Positions 57,670-64,000 of a stretch of DNA of 64,000 nt are shown here, in pieces. The stretch covers positions 1,942 through 65,941 of the forward strand of contig CAYTFE010000004.1 in assembly GCA_964437115.1 (NCBI GenBank). The letters run 5' to 3'. Below the pieces are notes generated by a model. The model saw only the letters and a list, made by a program, of their open reading frames with translations. It was not told the origin of the DNA and did not search any database. Each line of letters starts with the position of its first letter. Positions within the stretch are counted from its first letter, which is position 1. Both the position numbers and the translations under genes were made by a program. The DNA comes from an uncultured Fibrobacteraceae bacterium (GTDB lineage Bacteria; Krumholzibacteriota; Krumholzibacteriia; LZORAL124-64-63).

Positions 57670-60600
57670 CTATTTGGCGAGCATCATCTTGTGTGTCGCT
57701 TCATTGTCTGCTGCTCTCAATCGAGCGAAATATGTTCCACTGGCAACATTGCGTCCGTTGTTATCCTTACCATTCCAGCTGATTGTATGAGCACCTGCAG
57801 TGAGGTCTCCCAACTCAATTGAACGGATCAGAGAACCTCGAACATCAATTATGTCCAGAGTTGCCTGACCATCTGCAGCCATTGAGAATGCAATTTCTGT
57901 CGATGGGTTAAATGGATTTGGATGATTGCCAGTCAGAGCAAACCGGTCAGGTGTATCAACACCTGAAGGTGCGCCACTTTCAACAGTCATTGTGACTGTA
58001 ATCACACCTGGACCACCATCGTTGTGATCGATGATTATGTAAGCCACATAAGTACCGTTTTCCATCCCGGCAGAATCATAATTGACAGCCAGAACATCTG
58101 TTTGACCTTGTTCAACTGAACCGCTGACAGGAGTTACTGACAGCCAGTTCACTGGCTGGAAAATTGTAAATGTTGCGTCACTGGTATCAGTTACAGTTCC
58201 ATCGGGAGATGAGACTTTTACCAGACAATCAGTTGCCGATGGGCCTGTAACAGTCCAGTTGTAAGAACCATCATTATTGGTACCACTTGCAATTGTAGTC
58301 CAGCTTGATCCGCCATTTCTACTGAGCTCAAGATTAACAGTGCTTGCACCGCCACCTGCAGAGCTCCAGGTAATTGCATGAGTGTCATCAATGGCAAGTG
58401 CTTCCCCGCCATTTGGACTGGTCATAGTCAGACTAGGACCGCTCATTTCAAGCTGGAAATCACCAGAAACAGAGTGAGGTTCTGAACCATAGATATCGCC
58501 ATCAATCTGGTAATCGACAACAAGGGTGCCTGTTCCAGTAAATGTTACGTTTACAGTTGCAGTTGCAGTTTCCTGATCATAAACAACTCCCCATCCAGAG
58601 CTACCTTCTCCATGCCAGCTGACTGTTGCGCCATTTCCAGTTGCGTTATTAGAGGTCATGTCACCACCGCTACCACCAGAAAATGCTGTTGAAGAATTGA
58701 CAGTAATTCCAGCAGGGAAATCGATTGTAACATCTTTCAACCACTCGGAATCAGTACTGTTGTTAAATACGGAGAGATTCAAATCAACAGTCTCGCCAGG
58801 CAGATATTCAGTTTGTACACAATCAACATAAGACCCGGCAACACTTCTGAGTCCAGCAAGCACTGGAGGAGTCTCTGCCTGCCATGAAACAGAGTAAACA
58901 ACCTCACTACCAGCCTCGCCTGTATTTCCAATTGAGATGTAATCTACCGCAGTTTCATCAGGTTGAATCGATGCCGAAAGTGGTGATAGATCCAGAACAA
59001 TTTCTGGAGCTGCCAGTTGGATATCGGTAATATATGGTTCGTAGTTTTGCATTGTTACAACAACGTGCAGTGGTGTTCCGCCAACCGGAGTAATGTCGAA
59101 ATTGACTGTCGCGTTACCGGAAGCGTTTGCAGTTCCAGCACCAATCAATGTTCCATTCTGAGAAAGGCCAATGTAACTTCCTGGAGCTGCTGTCACATTC
59201 AAAGCATTAGCGCCAAGAGTAGTTACAACAGGGTTCACATCAGGAACACCCATGTATGTTGACAGAGATGGATCGCCAAGCAGGTTGTAGATATTCCAGT
59301 AATAAGTTGTGCTACCTGAGCCTGCTTCCTGAACAGCCAGGTTACCGGAAAATATAAGCGCGTCGTTGGTTACGTACCATTGCGCCATATCTTCACCGTG
59401 GTCATGAAAAACACCGTCGTAAGCGCCCGTTCCAGTTTGAGCATAAGTAGTATTTGCACCTATGGTGCCACTGGAGCAGGAGCCTACCCCCCACCAAAAG
59501 TCTTCATCCCACTGAGTATTGTTACTACCACCGATGTAACCGATTGCACCTTTGTCAGGAGCACGCAACCAGGTTTCACCAAAACACTCACTGTAATCAT
59601 AAGTACCGGTCAGACAGCAGTTACCTACAGCCATAGTGTATTTACCGGAGTTGTTCAAGCTATTGATGTTTGATTGAGTAAAACTTGGGTCAGCCCAGCT
59701 GGTTTGACTTCCGTGAGCTGTATAGTTGATATATGCAACACCATTGCTGACTGTCTGAATAATTGCTGAAGAGTTGCTTCCAGAGCTTGGATACAAATAA
59801 GTATTGCTGTTGATTCCATGAGCAGCATTAAAGTAGTTTGTAGTTCCGTAATTAATCTGACCATTACCATGTGCTGCACCAAAGCCACTATCCATACCAG
59901 CAACCATTGTCACATTACCAAGATATGATGGATCAGGCATTGTGAACTGATCATACATCATTGTTTTGTCGATGATTGCCTGTAGCTGTGACGTATTGGT
60001 TGCAGAAAAACGACCGTAGTAAATATCAGGGATCAGGTCACCATCTACAGCACAGTATGGTCTGTCAGTTGCATCGCCACTTTGACTGAAAGTTGGACAT
60101 TGAGCTACATCGCCAACGAAAAGTACAAAACTTGGAGCAGGTAGTTGTGGCGTGGCGTTGTTGTAAAGATTGTTGATATAACTCTCGATGCTTGACGATG
60201 TTGCGCCAACCTCTGGAGTTCCTATAACGCCAACAACCACATTGAAACCGCGTTCCGTTTTCCACTGCACAAAATCAGCCAGAGTATACTCAAACTGAGA
60301 TGGGGTGATTATTACCATTGTCACTTGATCGCTCACAACATCAGGGTTGTCGTCATGCATCCCCCGCGAGCCGGCAAAAGTTGCATAGATATGATCAAAG
60401 AATGGTGAATTAGTCTTTGCCATTAATTCCTGACCAGCAGCATAATCTGCGCCGATGAAATTAACTGTTACATCTATACTCTCAGCAACACGTATTGTGC
60501 CACGAGTTGGTGAGTACTGAACTGGCGAAACTTCAAGTCGTGCAAAATCAACAGCACGCAGGCGATTGAAATCAACAACCCTTGCAGTCTCAACAGCAGC

Positions 60601-61059
60601 ACGATCGCTTGCATAAGCAGAGTGATCGATAACAAATGGCCACTCGGAAGGAATAACATTCTTAGGCATACTTGGCTGAGCTGGCATAAGTGGTGAGCGC
60701 ACACCAAAATCAGAAAGATTTATTTCACGCCATGCGGAAACCTGAACATCGACTGACACTTCTGAGCCAAAAGGAACGGCGATAAGTTTGTTCAACATTG
60801 GCAATTCCGGACTACCCTCAACTTTTGAAGAATGAAAACCGGGCAACATCAGCCTGGCAAAAGTTCCTTCAGAAGTTTCAACTTCCATTGCTTGTAGATC
60901 ACCTACTTGAACATGGAAATCGAGTTGATCATCAGACTGATTTGTCAGAACAAGATGTGATTGTCCGTTAACGGGAATCTCAAAAGTGTCAGCCATCAGT
61001 GGTAAAGTAAAAAATGCAGTCATTACGACTGCCAAAATCATAAGCTTACGCATTTGCAT
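57670..61059 (-). CDS. Peptidase C25 (gingipain-like) family cysteine protease with Ig-like repeats and T9SS C-terminal sorting domain
   Basis: 1129 aa; signal peptide; catalytic-domain motifs (YTAHGSQTSW His; MAVGNCCLTG Cys); C-terminal ~80 aa T9SS CTD (LTGNHPNPFNP...ARLRAADNEATHKMMLAK). Confidence 0.8.
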   Translation of the reverse strand: MQMRKLMILAVVMTAFFTLPLMADTFEIPVNGQSHLVLTNQSDDQLDFHVQVGDLQAMEVETSEGTFARLMLPGFHSSKVEGSPELPMLNKLIAVPFGSEVSVDVQVSAWREINLSDFGVRSPLMPAQPSMPKNVIPSEWPFVIDHSAYASDRAAVETARVVDFNRLRAVDFARLEVSPVQYSPTRGTIRVAESIDVTVNFIGADYAAGQELMAKTNSPFFDHIYATFAGSRGMHDDNPDVVSDQVTMVIITPSQFEYTLADFVQWKTERGFNVVVGVIGTPEVGATSSSIESYINNLYNNATPQLPAPSFVLFVGDVAQCPTFSQSGDATDRPYCAVDGDLIPDIYYGRFSATNTSQLQAIIDKTMMYDQFTMPDPSYLGNVTMVAGMDSGFGAAHGNGQINYGTTNYFNAAHGINSNTYLYPSSGSNSSAIIQTVSNGVAYINYTAHGSQTSWADPSFTQSNINSLNNSGKYTMAVGNCCLTGTYDYSECFGETWLRAPDKGAIGYIGGSNNTQWDEDFWWGVGSCSSGTIGANTTYAQTGTGAYDGVFHDHGEDMAQWYVTNDALIFSGNLAVQEAGSGSTTYYWNIYNLLGDPSLSTYMGVPDVNPVVTTLGANALNVTAAPGSYIGLSQNGTLIGAGTANASGNATVNFDITPVGGTPLHVVVTMQNYEPYITDIQLAAPEIVLDLSPLSASIQPDETAVDYISIGNTGEAGSEVVYSVSWQAETPPVLAGLRSVAGSYVDCVQTEYLPGETVDLNLSVFNNSTDSEWLKDVTIDFPAGITVNSSTAFSGGSGGDMTSNNATGNGATVSWHGEGSSGWGVVYDQETATATVNVTFTGTGTLVVDYQIDGDIYGSEPHSVSGDFQLEMSGPSLTMTSPNGGEALAIDDTHAITWSSAGGGASTVNLELSRNGGSSWTTIASGTNNDGSYNWTVTGPSATDCLVKVSSPDGTVTDTSDATFTIFQPVNWLSVTPVSGSVEQGQTDVLAVNYDSAGMENGTYVAYIIIDHNDGGPGVITVTMTVESGAPSGVDTPDRFALTGNHPNPFNPSTEIAFSMAADGQATLDIIDVRGSLIRSIELGDLTAGAHTISWNGKDNNGRNVASGTYFARLRAADNEATHKMMLAK

Positions 61060-61132
61060 GCCTTCCTGTGAATGTGTTAAATCTGCTAAGATTATAGTAT
61101 TAAATTATCACGTATCTATCACGCTGCTGTGA

Positions 61133-61876
61133 CTATATTTTTCTCAATACTTCAATCTGATAGATGAGTTGCCTGTTATCAGCTGGAATTCCCAATGAAT
61201 CATAGGATCCCACAACTTCAAAAGGTGAATTTGCAATAGTTGCAGCCCACTCCTCTTTGTTATAACTGCGTAATTTATAGGTCTCGTTTATGTGCTCATC
61301 CCTGTTTTCAACCAAAATATGGCTGATTACAGTCTCCAACCTTGATGTTTGATCTGGTGGCAGGTAATTCACAACTTGAGTTACTTCGCAATCATCGCGA
61401 CTACCTGTCCAAATATCTTCTTCCGGAACATCGTTGTCATAATTTGACAAACTGATTCCAACCAGATACAACCCACCACTGTTCAAAGACTGCGCAACCT
61501 GTTCCAAATGCACAACCATTGCATTATCACTATGGAGATGCCTGATGCTGTTAAACGGATTGAAAGCGACATCAAACTTGCATTGCAATTGTGAGTTGAA
61601 GTCGATCATGTCTGCTTCAAACAGTTCACAAGTAAGCCCACTGTCTTTACAGTACCGAATCATTTCCGGATCGATGTCAAAGCCGGCCACGTAATAACCG
61701 CGTGCAGCAAGCAATCGTAGACATCTGCCGGTTCCGCATGCTGGTTCAAGCCATTTGAGAGATTTATTTAGTTGGAGATGATTAGAAACTATCCGCAGGT
61801 AAGTGTCGACTTCTTCTGAAGTACCGGGAGTATGAAGTATGTCGTAAACAATTGGGTCAGAATACATGGCCACCAA
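61133..61876 (-). CDS. Class I SAM-dependent methyltransferase
   Basis: LEPACGTGRC (motif I), AGFDIDPEMI; 247 aa. Confidence 0.8.
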   Translation of the reverse strand: MVAMYSDPIVYDILHTPGTSEEVDTYLRIVSNHLQLNKSLKWLEPACGTGRCLRLLAARGYYVAGFDIDPEMIRYCKDSGLTCELFEADMIDFNSQLQCKFDVAFNPFNSIRHLHSDNAMVVHLEQVAQSLNSGGLYLVGISLSNYDNDVPEEDIWTGSRDDCEVTQVVNYLPPDQTSRLETVISHILVENRDEHINETYKLRSYNKEEWAATIANSPFEVVGSYDSLGIPADNRQLIYQIEVLRKI

Positions 61877-61906
61877 AATTGCTGGATTAAGAATAATTAC
61901 TTGTCA

Positions 61907-61954
61907 GCTCGCGGGTAGGTAAGCCCCCTGTCCCACTTTAGTCTACCCGCGAGC
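61907..61954. promoter_or_regulatory. Perfect 12-bp stem / 24-nt loop structured element in divergent intergenic region upstream of cysK
   Basis: GCTCGCGGGTAG-(24 nt)-CTACCCGCGAGC; no adjacent U-tract on either strand. Confidence 0.4.
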
Positions 61955-62118
61955 CTCCAGGAATTATAAACCAGCTTTATCAGATTCGTATACAGATTTT
62001 AATCTTTCATCAATACCGTACCTTTTTAGTATAGTTTAGACCCATACAACCGCAACTACTTTATTGCCTACCAAATTTTAGGGTATTACTATTGAGCTAC
62101 CAACCTCAAGGAGATGCA

Positions 62119-63213
62119 ATGGAATCAAGGTTTAGAGGTCTCAAAAGACTTGTCGGCAACACACCACTTTTAGCTGTTGAATGCCTTTACAAGGGCGAGA
62201 AACGCACAATTTACGCAAAAGCTGAAAACCTGAATATGACTGGGAGCATCAAAGATCGTATGGCTTTGCATATTCTCAGGCACGCACATAAAACCGGGGA
62301 TTTGCAACCAGGATCAACAATAATTGAAGCAACCAGCGGCAATACCGGAATTGCTTTTGCTGCAATCGGAAGGTCCCTGGGCCACCCCGTTGTAATTTAT
62401 ATGCCAGACTGGATGAGCAGTGAACGGGTGAATATTATCAAATCACTTGGTGCTGAAATCAAACTTGTATCAAAAGAGCAAGGCGGATTTTTGGGTAGTA
62501 TTGATATGGCTGAAGAACTTGCCGCTGCAATGGAAAACAGTTTTCTTCCCCGACAATTCAGCAACCAGGACAACAGTGACGCTCATTATCAGACAACCGG
62601 ACCAGAGCTTTACTGGCAACTGAAATACAACAGTCTGTCACCCGATGCATTTATAGCTGGCGTTGGCACAGGCGGCACAATAATGGGTGTTGGGCAATAC
62701 TTGCGCAAAAATGACCCATCGATAAAAATCTATCCTCTTGAACCTGCTAACTCTCCTACTCTGACAACTGGCTACAAAGTTGGAAAACATAGAATCCAGG
62801 GAATCAGCGACGAGTTTATTCCGTCGATTGTAGATCTTACGCAGCTTGATGAAGTAATTGCAGTTGACGATGGTGACTCAATTATCATGGCACAAAAACT
62901 GGCAACACAACTGGGAATTGGTGTAGGTATTTCATCAGGAGCAAATTTTCTGGGAGCACTGAAAGTTCAGGATATGCTTGGCTCTGATAAAGTTATTGTC
63001 ACAATTTTTCCTGATGATAATAAAAAGTATCTCAGCACTGACCTGCTGAATGAAGAACCTGTAAAAACGGATTTTCTTTCTACCGATGTCGAATTGACAA
63101 GTTTCAACGCCTTCAAACGTGTTTGCCATACCTGTTGTGAACCGGAATGCTGTGCAGAACACCTACATATTGAAAACGGCGTGAATTTGCCCAGGTGTGT
63201 AAGACGAGACTAG
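62119..63213 (+). CDS. cysK: Cysteine synthase (CysK/CysM family) with ~48-aa Cys-rich C-terminal extension
   Basis: PLP lysine SIKDR, GTGGT loop; start at ATG 62119 (AAGGAG SD); tail [16 protein letters not shown]...PRC. Confidence 0.85.
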   Translation: MESRFRGLKRLVGNTPLLAVECLYKGEKRTIYAKAENLNMTGSIKDRMALHILRHAHKTGDLQPGSTIIEATSGNTGIAFAAIGRSLGHPVVIYMPDWMSSERVNIIKSLGAEIKLVSKEQGGFLGSIDMAEELAAAMENSFLPRQFSNQDNSDAHYQTTGPELYWQLKYNSLSPDAFIAGVGTGGTIMGVGQYLRKNDPSIKIYPLEPANSPTLTTGYKVGKHRIQGISDEFIPSIVDLTQLDEVIAVDDGDSIIMAQKLATQLGIGVGISSGANFLGALKVQDMLGSDKVIVTIFPDDNKKYLSTDLLNEEPVKTDFLSTDVELTSFNAFKRVCHTCCEPECCAEHLHIENGVNLPRCVRRD

Positions 63214-63458
63214 CTGAGCCTGTTGCCTTACACAAAGTCTGAGTGCTCTTTCTCTTCGCGTCTGCGTTTGGAAGACTTGTCTGTGTGTTGAATAATTGAA
63301 CTGATGACAAAAGACAGAAACCAAGGAAATATTAAAGTCGCCAGAATCAATGGTCCTATTATCGTGTGGTCTGGGTGCCTTAATAAATACGGAATTCCCA
63401 TCAGAAGAATGAAATTAAAAAAATAATGGAATCACAACCCCTGATTTGCTAAGCCTGC

Positions 63459-63620
63459 TCATAGTCTCTCCCTTTCAAGAATGTCTGCTGGTTGACAATC
63501 CAATTCACGACAGATGGCATCAAGGGTTGAAAACCTCACCCCTTTTACCTTACCAGTCTTCAGAAGCGACAAATTAGTCACAGAGATACCGATTCGTTCT
63601 GATAACTCAGTTAGTGGCAT
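63459..63620 (-). CDS. Short XRE/YozG-type HTH protein lacking the family N-terminal helix (possible remnant)
   Basis: Manual translation: MPLTELSERIGISVTNLSLLKTGKVKGVRFSTLDAICRELDCQPADILERERL. Near-identical to the YozG-type core LTELSERVGIT.ANLS.LKTGKAKAIRFSTLEAIC.ALDCQPGDILE but missing ~15 N-terminal residues. The ORF is below the track size cutoff. Confidence 0.5.
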   Translation of the reverse strand: MPLTELSERIGISVTNLSLLKTGKVKGVRFSTLDAICRELDCQPADILERERL

Positions 63621-63952
63621 TTTGTCAGAGCCCTATTCCCATGAGCAAGCGCATCTGAAAATCAGGTTTACTTTCTTTTACACTCCCCAAATTGAAGGCA
63701 GAACCCAGAGTGACCCAATACCAACCCTTGCCATGCGATATGACGGGTCCAAAATAATGGTCGTTTTCGCTTCCATTAGCTTCGACCCCAAGACCCAACA
63801 AATCGTTGATCGCATAACCGCAACTGAGTCCAAATCTTGTACAACCTACATAGCACCAATTGTCCACCCGAGTAGACTGCTCCATTGACAAACCCCTGCT
63901 CCCACACCACAATCGAAAAGATTTTCCACCCGGCTGGAAATTTTAAATTCAG

Positions 63953-63974
63953 AAATTCCACGCGCGTGGAATTT
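63953..63974. promoter_or_regulatory. 22-bp perfect palindrome AAATTCCACGCGCGTGGAATTT (hairpin/terminator or operator)
   Basis: Seen directly. Followed by TTTAAG on + and by UUUCUGAAUUU on the minus strand. Shares an 18-mer with 21681-21698. Confidence 0.35.
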
Positions 63975-64000
63975 TAAGATTATTTGCTGATGGAATTAAA

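Noticed and set aside
63514-63888. 124-aa plus-strand ORF and 95-aa minus-strand ORF (63625-63912) near the window end
   Set aside because: No domain signature. The plus ORF overlaps the HTH gene, which has a strong family match. Composition is not protein-like enough to call.
1-64000. Search for CRISPR arrays, transposases/integrases, prophage genes, toxin-antitoxin or known defence systems
   Set aside because: No direct-repeat arrays, no DDE/tyrosine recombinase motifs, no phage structural genes seen; the window appears to be core chromosome.

Overview
This 64 kb window reads as an ordinary, gene-dense bacterial chromosomal segment with about 60 protein genes, mostly housekeeping; I found no transposase, integrase, phage gene, CRISPR array or recognisable defence/toxin system. 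The organism uses Shine-Dalgarno sites and has frequent ATGA/TAATG translational coupling. It carries a T9SS-type C-terminal sorting domain on a secreted peptidase, which suggests an FCB-group-like or candidate-phylum anaerobe.

Main gene blocks, in window order:
- Minus-strand cluster smpB / AmiC-like amidase / GerMN lipoprotein / murI / rph / rdgB, with a tRNA-Leu(CAG) beside it.
- Membrane PDZ-GAF-PP2C phosphatase plus a TPR partner.
- An archaeal-type (type II) GAPDH homolog next to a cN-II-type HAD 5'-nucleotidase.
- Redox neighbourhood: GlcD/GlcF-like FAD/FeS dehydrogenase, lpdA, etfBA, FabK/NMO-like flavoprotein and a membrane cytochrome-b/CCG Fe-S oxidoreductase, resembling a syntroph Etf:quinone module.
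- Nucleotide-sugar operon (CoA-binding protein, two Rmd-like SDRs, ugd, DegT aminotransferase) ending in a divergent HemC-like gene.
- Pyrimidine operon pyrR-pyrB-pyrC-[TPR lipoprotein]-pyrK-pyrD with a PyrR-type leader attenuator.
- Exopolysaccharide-type genes: GT4, C-N hydrolase, polysaccharide deacetylase.
- M16 peptidase; an orphan histidine kinase with a Cys-rich cytoplasmic sensor, an AAA_28 ATPase and a His-rich permease.
- DUF485 / ActP-like symporter / porin locus.
- A large gingipain-like (C25) peptidase with a T9SS sorting domain.
- SAM methyltransferase and a CysK with a Cys-rich tail.

The most unusual observations are:
- RdgB carries a ~130-residue internal insertion.
- The type II GAPDH + cN-II nucleotidase pair.
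- The HemC-like protein has substitutions in motifs I recall as conserved and an acidic tail.
- Several perfect palindromes or structured elements: a 24-bp operator-like site at 30468, a 12-bp stem upstream of cysK, and an 18-mer palindrome found once inside a CDS and again at the window end.
- A YozG-type HTH missing its first helix.

All calls are from reading the sequence and from remembered family motifs; no database search was run.
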